From: Octopus sinensis
Lineage: Eukaryota
Direction of reading: 5' to 3'
Length of the DNA stretch: 21,242 nucleotides
Assembly (NCBI RefSeq): GCF_006345805.1
Contig: NW_021823724.1
Coordinates: 1-21,242, forward strand
Below, piece after piece: positions 10,401 through 21,242 of this stretch (positions are counted from its first letter, which is position 1; each line of letters starts with the position of its first letter). The position numbers and the translations under genes are program-made. Under the pieces are notes generated by a model, which did no database searches, was not told where the DNA came from, and saw nothing but the letters and a program-made list of their open reading frames with translations.

Positions 10401-10957
10401 GGCACAGAAAGGGAAAGAAGGATACGTAGAGGGGGAAAGAAAACGAAAGAGGTGTTGTATTCTGAGTTTATACGTCAGAGCGTGTGTTACGCAGAAACAC
10501 TACATATTGTTTCAGTAATCTTTTCACACACATAATGTAAAAAAAAGCATACATATAAATGTATATATATATATATATATATATATATGATAAAAAGTAC
10601 AGATCAATATTTAAAAAAAAGGCAAATATATAATATAACAAAAATAGAGGTAACGAGAAACAAGGTAACAAAAATAATAACGACGTCTTTCATGAAAGTC
10701 ATTTGAACTTTATGCGAGAGAAGCGTTTGACCTTTGTGCGTTTGGTTAAAGGTTGATTTACGCTGAATATCAACGCTAGGAGAATTTTCTATTCACTGCA
10801 ACTAAGAGAATTGTTCTTTAGCCTATCATTTTGGCGAACTCGTGTGGAGAAATTGCCGTGTGTTCTTTGATTATGGATCCAAAAGATGTTCTTGCTTGTC
10901 CTTTTGTTAATGTGCTCATATCGAGGACGGCCATTGTTTCGCAGTTGTGCGCTAAAC

Positions 10958-11011
10958 ATATATATACCTGTAGATGCATGTATATATATGTGTGTGTATA
11001 ATATATATATA

Positions 11012-11042
<31 letters not shown>

Positions 11043-11316
11043 ACACATATATATATACATACATACATATATATACATGTATATACATGTATATATATAG
11101 ATACCTATATATATACATACACATATATATATAATATATATGTATATATATATATGTGTGTGTGTGTGTGTAATATACGGTGAAGTGTGGATGTAGATAG
11201 TGTATGTGGATGCGACTATCTCTGCCTGTGAGTATATCGGTATGTATATATAAATATATTTGCATATACATACTCTTATATTTAAACATACGTGTGTATG
11301 TGTGCATGCATGCGTG

Positions 11317-11368
<52 letters not shown>

Positions 11369-11694
11369 ATATAATATATATATATATGTATGTATGTAAG
11401 TATTTATATATGTGTGTGTATGTATATATATATATATATATATATACATGTGCGTATACGCGTGTATACATACATATATATTTATATGTATACACGCACA
11501 TATACAGATCCGCAGATATACATGATACATTGACACACACATACACATACATGTACATACGTATCTATATCTTTGTATATATGTGTATATTTATATATAT
11601 ATATGTTTGTAATATACAGCATACGTATCTCTACATATATATATATATATATATACATATGTGTGCGTGTGTGTGTACGTATATACACCTATAC

Positions 11695-11740
<46 letters not shown>

Positions 11741-11870
11741 TGTCTGTGTGTGTTTGGGTGTGCGTGTATATGCGCATATATAATCGCATATGTACGCGTG
11801 TGTTTGTGTGTGTATATGTGCTTGTGTGAGTATATGTGCTTGTGTGTGTATATGTGTGTTTGTGTATTTT
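10958..11870. repeat. Long compound (TA)/(CA)/(GT) microsatellite field
   Basis: Direct reading. Confidence 0.95.
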
Positions 11871-12400
11871 GTAATGTATTGGAGATTTGCTTTTTTATTT
11901 TTAATGTTATTTTTTATTCGTTCGCCACAGCAGTAACACGCCACAGCCTCAACAAAATCATTTCAGAGATAGCTGTTCAATGTATTTTGAAACACGTTGA
12001 CATTTTCTTCCTTAACACATGCATTGTTCATATTTTACCAAGAATATGGAGATAGCCGCCATTTTAATGGCAAGTGGAGACATAGGGGAAGTGAGAATCA
12101 CCATTATAACAGATTCCTATGAAGTTGTTAGAAAAATTACCTTAAAAGGAGTTGAAAAATGATACAAGTTATTTTTAGTTTCAAATTGGTTACCTCGAGG
12201 TTCACGGATCAAATTCTACAGTGGTCGCTTATGGACTTAATAAAATAATGCTTTTTTTTTAAATAAAAATGTTTATTGATATTAACGATTTGACTTATTA
12301 GAAGCAAACCAGCGAAAAAGTTTCAACTTGCCTGAAATAGTTGCCAGATCTCCCTCATATCATACTTCAAGCGTGAATGAATGTATTTATATATATATAT

Positions 12401-12620
12401 ACTCATTTTTGCTCTTTTACTTGTTTCAGTCATTTGACTGCGGCCATGCTGGAGCACTGCCTTTAGTCGAGCAAACTGACCCCAGGACTTATTCTTTGTA
12501 AGCCTAGTACTTATTCTATCGGTATCTTTTGCCGATCCGCTAATGTTACGGGGCCGTAAACACACCACCATCGGTTGTCAAGCGATGTTGGGGGACAAAC
12601 ACAGACACACAAACATATAC

Positions 12621-12687
<67 letters not shown>

Positions 12688-12851
12688 CGACGGGCTTCTT
12701 TCAGTTTCCGTCAACCAAATCCACTCACAATGCTTTGGTCAGCCCGAGTCTATAGTAGAAAACACTTGGCCAAGGTGCCACGCAGTGGGAATGAACCCGG
12801 CACCATGAGGTTGGTAAGCAAGCTATTTACCACACAGCCACTCCTGCTCCT
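12401..12851 (-). mobile_element. tRNA-derived SINE family A, full length
   Basis: Collinear match to the copies at 15751, 16439 and 18547, with A/B boxes on the minus strand near 12790-12845. Confidence 0.95.
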
Positions 12852-12870
12852 GCAACACTTCATTACATAG

Positions 12871-12954
12871 GATTCTTCGAAAACAGCTTCGAATTACGGA
12901 TCCAGCGTGCACATTCTTTGAATATCAAACATGCTGCACTACTGCTTTTTCAAG
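12871..12954 (+). CDS. Candidate 84-bp internal exon of an unidentified host gene
   Basis: Bounded by TTCATTACATAG| and AAG|GTACAT; length divisible by 3; two open frames (FFENSFELRIQRAHSLNIKHAALLLFQ or ILRKQLRITDPACTFFEYQTCCTTAFS); non-repetitive. No recognised homolog. Confidence 0.25.
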
Positions 12955-14285
12955 GTACATTTGGTTAAGTAGAGACATCCAACTACGTGTTCAAAATCAC
13001 TTGGTCATATTAGGCTTCACGCAGCAATATTGTCGTATTTCTCTTACTTAAGGAAGCTTCAACTTTTGGTTTTGTCGCTAGTTATGCTTAACTGAGAAAT
13101 GGCTCATCTTACAACAAAATTCTAACAGCTTAAATCTCAAGTCAAACCAATTGTATTCCAGCAGATACACAAGAAAGTAACCGTTGGGCCGTTTTAAACT
13201 GACTTAGTAAATAACATCGTATTTGCTCTTGGTTGGACAGAAAATAATTTTGTTAACTTTCCTAAACTCTTTTGTAAAGAACTTTTGTCACCAATGCCAG
13301 CAAAATTCTTAGATCAATGCCCTCTTAATATCGATTGATTTTATTCTTTCTCACATCACTTCGCTTCATCTACGGTCATTTTAAATTCATTTGCAATTTA
13401 TTTCAATCGATTTTTATATATTTTACCACTTAAAGAATTTTACATTTAAAATTTTCCATTTTGTGTTTTTAGATTCTATATCTTAAAATTTTGTTTTAAC
13501 GCATTTTATCAAATTTTTTTCATCTCATGAAGAAAAACTTATCATTTATGTCACCTTTTAACATCCATCAGCTCTTAACATATATTCCTTTATTCCTTTA
13601 TCCATCGCCCATCTACATCAACTTAATGTTCCATTATCTTAATGTTACTTATTCTCTTATGGCTTAGTTTTTTGTTTTTCTAAATATGCATCCTCTTATA
13701 GAAGAACGGGTTGTAGTTATAGCTACATGGAGCGTATGTCCATGTGAAGGAAAACTGTGGAGAAAAGCACGTGTTTGGTTGCATGAGTTACGTGTATGTG
13801 TATTGGGGAGGGTAACTAGTCACAGCGTGAATATGAAAAACAAAAACAAACATACAGCCGTTTAAGAGTTTGCTTGTCTATAAGAGCATGACATATACGA
13901 ACCTATATGCATAAATGTGTGTATGTATTCGAGTATATGTGTGTGCTGTGTGTGCTGTGTGTGTATGTGCGTGCGTGTATGTGAGTGTGAGAGAGAGAGA
14001 GAGAAAATGTCGATGCGGGTGTATAAATACGTACAAAAACTGCGTGGGCGCATGCACACACAGCTGAGGAAGAGAGCTGTGCATGTAAAACATTATTTAA
14101 ATAATGTAAATAATGTTGCAGAAAAAATATTTCCCATACCTTTTGATCTGCAGATTGTGAATAAACATTTAACTTCGTCGTAATCTATTTCCATCCTTCT
14201 TTCTCGACAAGAAAGCTAAATAAATATCAAACGGTACTTTAGCCATTGTTTATATTAGACGTATTATTGGTGGTTGCCGTCATTG

Positions 14286-14421
14286 TAGGTGTGGGTGTGG
14301 TTGTGTGGTTAAGAAGTATACTTTGCAACCACGGGGTTTCGGGTTCAGTCCTACCGTGCGGTTTGACCAATGGCTTCTGATTGAATTTCTTAGATGGAAG
14401 CTGTGTGGAAGTCAGTCGTAT
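14286..14421 (+). mobile_element. Diverged, internally deleted 5' fragment of a family-A-like SINE
   Basis: GTGGTTGTGTGGTTAAGAAG...GGGTTCAGTCCTACCGTGCGG...GGAAGCTGTGTGGAAGTCAGTCGTAT, followed by an expanded GT/TA tract. Confidence 0.75.
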
Positions 14422-14935
14422 AAATATGTGTGTGTATGTATGTATGCATGTATGTGAGTATGTATGTATATATGTATATATGTATGTGTATGTGTTTGTT
14501 AGGTATGTGCGTGATTGTCTGTGTATGTGTGTCTATGTGTATGTGCATGTGTCTATGTATGTGTATGTATGTGTGTGTATGCGTATGTATAGATATATAT
14601 GTGTGTATGTATGTGTTTGTTAGTGTGTGCGTGCGTGCGTGTGTGTATGTATGTGTTTGTTAGTGTTTGTTAGTGTGTGCGTGTGTATGTAAATGTGTGC
14701 ATATGTGCATTTGTATATGTATGTGTGTGTATGTTTGTATGTATGTGTGCGTATGTATAAGTGCATGCATGTGTGTATGCGTGTATGCGTATGTATGTGT
14801 ATGTATGTGCGTCTATGTGTGTTTGTGTGTGTATGCACGTGTGTATGTATGTATGTGTGTGTATGTGTATGTAGGTGTGTATGTATGTGTGTGTCTGCGA
14901 GTGTGTATGAGTGAGTGCGTGCGAGCGCGTGTGTC
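14422..14935. repeat. Degenerate (GT)/(GTAT)n microsatellite
   Basis: Direct reading; directly continues the internal tract of the preceding SINE fragment. Confidence 0.92.
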
Positions 14936-15076
14936 TTATGAAAGTTCCGAAGATACCTTGACAGAGTTTAACGGAGGAATGTAAAATGCTGGGAAGTTTA
15001 AATGCATGCCAAGAACCTGTGTAGTTAATAGAGACGGACATCATTTGTGAAGACACATGGCTCGAACACTAGAGAC

Positions 15077-15150
15077 ATTGTAATCGACTTAACCCTTCAC
15101 CCCCCAAAAAAAAAATTGCTGGCCTTGTGCCAAAATGTGAAACCAATATT
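15077..15150 (+). mobile_element. Probable 3' remnant of a third SINE family
   Basis: TGTAATCGACTTAACCCTTCACCCCCCAAAA...TTGCTGGCCTTGTGCCAAAATGTGAAACCAATATT resembles a common octopod SINE 3' end (from recall, needs a library search). Confidence 0.5.
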
Positions 15151-15750
15151 CAATGCAGTGTCTGACTCATAGAGCAAAAGAAACTCAGACAATTCCAAAT
15201 GGAACTCTATCCAAAAAGGTAATTAAAATGATTAAACTAGATTAATAAGCGATATACTGTAGTAAAAAGAATTCATTTTTTTTATATAATTCCATGACGT
15301 ATTGTCTTTGATGGTGAACGGCGGTAATTATAAGTTATGGCAACCATCTCCATTATCATAATTATAAAATTAAAAATATTAATTAATTATTATCTTTTTT
15401 TTAAATCTTCCGTATTTATTATCTATTTATGCTTCGTGTATGATGTAACTGAGTAAATAGATATTACATGGATATTGAAGCTAAAAATATTGAATTTTGC
15501 TAATAATAGCGATGTTGCTATCCACCAGTAAGATCGAAGTAAAATAAATACTTATATAACAGGCCACTGGTATATATATATAGAGAGCGTTAAGCACTTC
15601 CGCCATGCAAATTAGGGACCCCTTCATGGAGAAACTAATGCATTTGTTGAGCATATAAACAGTTTGGTTGCTTGTTTTACTGAAGACTGTCAGAATGATT
15701 TAGACGTCTCTGATGAGAAACCAATAAAGTTCGAAAATTGATTAAGGTTA

Positions 15751-16156
15751 TTCTCTCTCTTTTACTCTTTTACTTGTTTCAGTCATGTGACTGTGGCCAT
15801 GCTGGAGCACCGCCTTTAGTCGAACAAATCGACTCCCAGGACTTATTCTTTGGAAGCCTAGTACTTATTCTATCGGTCTCTTTTGCCGCACCGCTAAGTT
15901 ACGGGGACGTAAACACACCAGCATCGGCTGTCAAGCAATGCTAGGAGGACAAACACAGACACACACACACTCATATATATATACATATATACGACGGGCT
16001 TCTTTCAGTTTCCGTCTACCAAGTCCACTCACAAGGCATTGGTCGGCCCAGGGCTATAGCAGAAGACACTTGCCCAAGATGCCACGCAGTGGGACTGAAC
16101 CCGAAACCATGTGGTTGGTTAGCAAGCTACTTACCACACAGCCACTCCTGCGCCTA
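15751..16156 (-). mobile_element. tRNA-derived SINE family A, full length
   Basis: Minus-strand head AGGCGCAGGAGTGGCTGTGTGGTAAGTAGC...GGGTTCAGTCCCACTGCGTGGC. Confidence 0.95.
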
Positions 16157-16438
16157 TACATGGATATTGAATCTAAAAATATTGAATTTTGCTAATAATA
16201 GCGATGTTGCTATCCACCAGTAAGATCGAAGAAAAATAAATACTTATATAACAGGCCACTGGTATATATATAGAGCGTTAAGCACTTCCGCCATGCAAAT
16301 TAGGGACCCCTTCATAGAGTAACTGCTGCATTTGTTGAGTATATATACAGTTTAGTTGCTTGTTTTACTGAAGACTGTCAGAATGATGTAGACGCCTCTG
16401 ATGAGAAGTCAATAAGGTTCGAAAATCGATTAAGGTTA

Positions 16439-16694
16439 CTCTCTCTCTCTCTTTTACTCTTTTACTTGTTTCAGTCATGTGATTGTGGCCATGCTGGAGC
16501 ACCGCCTTTAGTCGAACAAATCGACTCCCAGGACTTATTGTTTGGAAGCCTGGTATTTATTCTATCGGTCTCTTTTGCCGAACCGCTAAGTTACGGGGAC
16601 GTAAACACACCAGCATCGATTGTCAAGCGATGTTGGGGGACAAACACAGACACACTAACATATACACACACATACATACATACAAACATACATG

Positions 16695-16746
<52 letters not shown>

Positions 16747-16911
16747 TACGACAGGCTTCTTTTCAGTTTCCGTCTACCAAATCCACGCACAAGACTTTGG
16801 TCGGCCTGAGGCAATAATAGAAGATACTTGCCCAAGGTCCCACACAGTGGAACTGAACTCGGAACCGTGTAGTTGATAAGCAAGCTTTTTACCACGCAGT
16901 CACTCCGCCTA
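16439..16911 (-). mobile_element. tRNA-derived SINE family A, full length
   Basis: Collinear with the other copies; expanded internal (TA)n. Confidence 0.95.
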
Positions 16912-17130
16912 TAATATATATAAAGCTATAAATACTAGCATGTAAATATTGGCTTGAAAAACCCTTTAACAAATTTTATTAGGAAAAATTGAAGGCCACG
17001 CATGATACACTGGTAGAAGGTTGTCGGCAACACGGGATACACTGGGAGAATGCCTGTCATGTATGCAGGAAATGCATATCAGCTTCTTTTGTCGAATCGC
17101 AAAAGAGTCCGATTGAATAAGTACCAGGAA

Positions 17131-17132
<2 letters not shown>

Positions 17133-17193
<61 letters not shown>

Positions 17194-17196
17194 TTC
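17133..17196. repeat. (CT)n microsatellite
   Basis: Direct reading. Confidence 0.95.
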
Positions 17197-17924
17197 TGAT
17201 TGGAAGCGACAATTTATAAATACAAACAAATGACTGAAAAATGATGAACTAATCCCAGCCAGAATCGAAACCACAAATCAACGCTAACACGACTCCTTAT
17301 GCATCCGGTTGATCCAAACGCTCACCCATCAATTTCAGCCAAATTATATTATTGTACTATGAGCCTTCCATACTAGCTGTCTCTCCGTAACTTACACGTT
17401 TGTTTACAAATATTACATGTATATATAGCATCAAGGATCGAAGTCTAGGAAAAAAGTTAGCTTCAAGCAATCCGCTGTAGATATTAAAAACAGGTTTCAG
17501 GAACAATAGTTGTTTATTGAGGTGGAAGGTTGTGGATTTTTTTTTTCTGCATCGAAGTAAGATAATCTGAAATTTTTTTCTTTTTTTTATATTTCACGGT
17601 AGGCAACCAGGGTTGCCGGGTATACAAATAAGAATACACATTCTCATCGAATCGTCCATGTGTTAATGTGTACCGCCTTGAATGTATATATATGGATATT
17701 AATGTTTGTTTTCCTGTTCAGTTATAACAAAAGCAATTTTACATTAACCTGGGGGTGGGTTATTCTACACTTGTGTAAAGTACAAATTTATTACTCTTAA
17801 ATAAGACAGATGTTGACAGTAACTTCGAAGTTTCTGACTGCAGCTCGACAGTTCGACGATGGCTTCGCTTGCAGATCTTTCGGAGTCACTGACAACAACA
17901 TTCTTATTTAAAAATAATATATAC

Positions 17925-17967
<43 letters not shown>

Positions 17968-18035
17968 ATATATATATATTATATATTATATTATATTATA
18001 TTATGTTATATATATTATATCATATCATATATCAT

Positions 18036-18400
18036 ATTATTACCTCCGCCTCAGCGAAGGCAGAGGGTATTGTTTTCAGTCGTATTTGTTTGTTTGTTTG
18101 TCTGTGGACAAGATATCTCAAGAACCGCTGAATGGATCCAGATGAAACTTTCAGGGATGCTTAGCCTCTTTATTGGAACGAACTGATTAGATTTTAGAAT
18201 CGATCCGGTACCAGACAAGGATTCTGGATTATTTTTCTGTTTTTCCATTTAATTTTTGAGAGCGGTTGGGTTCATTTTTAGTATTCTCATTTGTGAGACC
18301 AATAGATATTCTTATTTTTAAAATCATCTCTGACTAATTGTTGAAAGGACGTTGGTGTTGCCTTGGCGGAAGTTTGCGCTCTCTGAGTGTTCTTGCATTA
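18036..18400 (+). mobile_element. Non-autonomous Helentron-type element (HINE/DINE-1-like)
   Basis: 5' ACCTCCGCC with a nearby inverted partner GGCAGAGG; internal (GTTT/GTCT) microsatellite; 3' subterminal inverted repeat CCTTGGCGGAAGT (18361-18373); terminal small hairpin GCGCTC-TCT-GAGTGT; T-rich flanks. Confidence 0.75.
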
Positions 18401-18546
18401 TATTTCTAATATAAATTCGTTACATGTCTATCTTACATGTAAATCTTTGTAGTTTCCATTAGCAAATGAAACACGTGTAATGGAGAATAAATAGCACTAA
18501 AAATGTCCACTTCCCTTTTTTGTTATATATATATATATATATATAT

Positions 18547-19355
<809 letters not shown>

Positions 19356-19589
19356 CCTGACCAGTTTCCGTTTATATCATTCCACGGGAAAGAAAGATAT
19401 TAACTAGTTCCAGCCTATAAAAAGCGATACTTATTCAATTACCCAAAATATATGTACAGTGAGATCGAACGCAAAACCCCTGAAGCAGTCACACCCACGC
19501 CTGCATCGATATTTCTGAGAATTTTTGTGTTTACTATCTGTTTAATTTTCAAGTTTTCGCTTTTATTATTTTGTCGTTAATCTCATTAT

Positions 19590-19634
<45 letters not shown>

Positions 19635-20022
19635 CATCAAAATTCCTAATCCTTTTGTTTACATAATTTGGCACAATTTCTTCAAATATTCCACCAATAA
19701 ATGCAATAAACATGAAAGATCAAAGAACGTTAAAACGAGTAACTTTGTTTTCTTTTTATTGCTACCATTATTTGGTTTCATTCAAAATTTACCAAAACTA
19801 AATGAAGCAAAAATCAGAAAAATCTACCAATAAAGCAATTTTAAACAAAATGTATGCCGTGTTATAGTTAATTAGCGATCCGTATGAGCTTGTCTAAATT
19901 CATAAAAACTTCTATGGAGAAATTTGAAAATGTTTATACTTCAGAATTGGGGTATTAATCACTTTTTTTTGTGCGTTTTCATTAATATGGCTAAAAAAAA
20001 TAATACAAATATTTATTGAATT

Positions 20023-20480
20023 CCTTTTATCTCTTGCTTGTTTCAGTCACTGGACTGCGGCCATGCTGCAGCAGTGCTTTGAAGGGTTTTAGTCGAAGAC
20101 TAAAAAGAAATTCGAGTCCGTGTGTATCATAAGTTGGAGACGGGAAGGGTGGCTTCCCTTTGCAAATACTGATAGGGCACAGATAGTGTGTCTATAGCCA
20201 GCTGGAGGAGGTGTCCACCTGGGGCTACAAACTACAGTAGCATCCACCCTTAGGGGTTAGCCATATTTATATGGCAAATATACATCACGATGTGTTGCAG
20301 CTACTGTTTATAACTCTTTCAAAGATTTATTAAAAAGAAAATTATAAATCTGGAACTAATTCAGTCGGTCTTGTTTGCCCAACAGCTAAGTTTACATGGA
20401 CGTAAACAAACCAACAGCGACTGTCAAGCGGTAGCGGAAGACAAGCACAGACATACGCACGCACAGACATACACACACAT
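20023..20480 (-). mobile_element. Old family-A-like SINE 3' half, interrupted by an insertion
   Basis: TTGTTTCAGTCACTGGACTGCGGCCATGCT...TTAGTCGAA (20023-20098) resumes as GCCCAACAGCTAAGTTTACATGGACGTAAACAAACC...GTCAAGCGG (~20350-20480). Confidence 0.75.
20101..20340. other. Unclassified ~220-bp insertion bounded by a 10-bp direct repeat
   Basis: TAAAAAGAAA at 20101-20110 and 20331-20340 brackets higher-GC sequence that splits a SINE. Confidence 0.55.
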
Positions 20481-20491
20481 ACAGAGAGGTA

Positions 20492-20849
20492 AGGTTGCGT
20501 GTTCAGTCCCACTGCGTGGCACCATGGACAAGTACCTTCAGCTGTAGCCTCAGGTTGACCAAAGTCTAGTGAATAGATTTGGTAACCGGAAACTGAAAGA
20601 AGGAACTGAATCGAAGAGCATTTGGTTGAGAAGCAAGTTACTTATTACAAATTCGTAGAATATTTATTTTATTGATTTAGGCGAAGACATGGCTGTGCCG
20701 TTAATAAATTCGTTTTCCAACCACGTGGTTTCAAGATCGGTTCCACTGCGCGGCAACACAATGGGAGAATGTTTTCTACTATATTCCCGGATCGAGAAAT
20801 GCCTTGTGAGTGGATTTGGGGGTCAGAAACTGTGTAGGAGCCCCTCATA
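20492..20849 (+). mobile_element. Cluster of diverged SINE 5' fragments (+ 20492-20603, - 20604-20650, + 20679-20849)
   Basis: GTTCAGTCCCACTGCGTGGCACC...GGAAACTGAAAGAAG, then an inverted head remnant, then AGGCGAAGACATGGCTGTG...GTGAGTGGATTTGG...GAAACTGTGTAGGAGCCC. Confidence 0.75.
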
Positions 20850-20938
20850 TGCAAATGGTTGTGTGTGTGTGTGTGTGTGTGAGAGAGACTGTATGTATAT
20901 GTATGGCTGTGAATGTGAGTACAAAGACGATGGCGATA

Positions 20939-21242
20939 ACGACCACAACAACGACCACAGCGACAAGAAACACGGCAGCAACTACCACGGCGACAACGAC
21001 CACGGCGACAACGACCATAGCAACAAGAAACACGGCAGCAACGACCACGGCGACAACGACCACGGCGACAACGACCATAGCAACAAGAAACACGGCAGCA
21101 ACGACCACGGCGACAACGACCACGGCGACAACGACCATAGCAACAAGAAACACGGCATCAACGACCACGGCCACAACGACCACAGCGACAACGACCACAG
21201 CGACAAAGACCACGGCGACAACGACCATAGCGACATCAAACA
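20939..21242. repeat. Minisatellite of 15-bp monomers in a 60-bp higher-order repeat, running off the window end
   Basis: Monomers ACGACCACGGCGACA x2, ACGACCATAGCAACA and AGAAACACGGCAGCA; 21001-21060 is identical to 21061-21120. Confidence 0.95.

Larger units (their letters stand above)
15465..16911. repeat. Direct tandem duplication with a 692-bp offset; unit = ~285 bp unique sequence + family A SINE
   Basis: TACATGGATATTGAA...GATTAAGGTTA at 15465-15750 and 16157-16438, each followed by a SINE joined at the same point. Confidence 0.95.

Noticed and set aside
13690-13765. Strong minus-strand acceptor GCTTTTCTCCACAG followed by FSFTWTYAPCSYNYNPFFYKRMHI*
   Set aside because: No donor, no recognised homology, and short frames of this kind are expected by chance.
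16985-17130. Possible SINE core remnant ending GATTGAATAAGTACCAG
   Set aside because: Only ~17 nt are recognisable; too degraded to call.
7412-17196. Potential non-B DNA: (GGT)n G4 at 7412, (GT)n Z-DNA near 11705, (CT)n triplex at 17133
   Set aside because: Generic properties of microsatellites that are ubiquitous here; nothing locus-specific supports function.
17602-17617. Perfect palindrome GGCAACC-AG-GGTTGCC, reminiscent of abutting DNA-transposon termini
   Set aside because: Only 7 bp per arm, with no partner terminus or TSD found; may be chance.
20845-21239. Minus-strand Val-rich (127 aa) and Trp/Ser/Leu-rich (85 aa) ORFs
   Set aside because: Antisense readings of the 15-bp minisatellite; the hydrophobic periodicity comes from the repeat.

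Overview
Eukaryotic, AT-rich, microsatellite-dense, essentially non-coding window. The dominant tRNA-derived SINE family, with its internal CA/TA tract, suggests an octopod cephalopod genome (inference). Almost every ORF in the supplied track is a translation of a simple repeat or of a retroelement. Supportable content includes an internally deleted DD37D (maT-type) Tc1/mariner element, a CR1-group LINE ORF2 3' remnant split by a SINE with a 9-bp TSD, and a 4-unit ~180-bp tandem array built partly from that LINE segment. There are also two Tx1/L1-like LINE 3' ends that both terminate in (GATA)n arrays, five full-length and several partial tRNA-SINEs, a 692-bp tandem duplication, a Helentron-type non-autonomous element and a 15/60-bp higher-order minisatellite. 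The most interesting signal is two unrelated short elements, each flanked by (TA)n, that each carry a type I hammerhead-ribozyme-like fold (9548-9585 and 19214-19286), typical of Penelope-like element pseudo-LTRs or retrozymes. The second is fused head-to-head to an antisense copy of itself that lacks exactly the 39-nt stem II-GAAA-stem III segment. No host gene is securely identified; one weak + strand exon candidate lies at 12871-12954.
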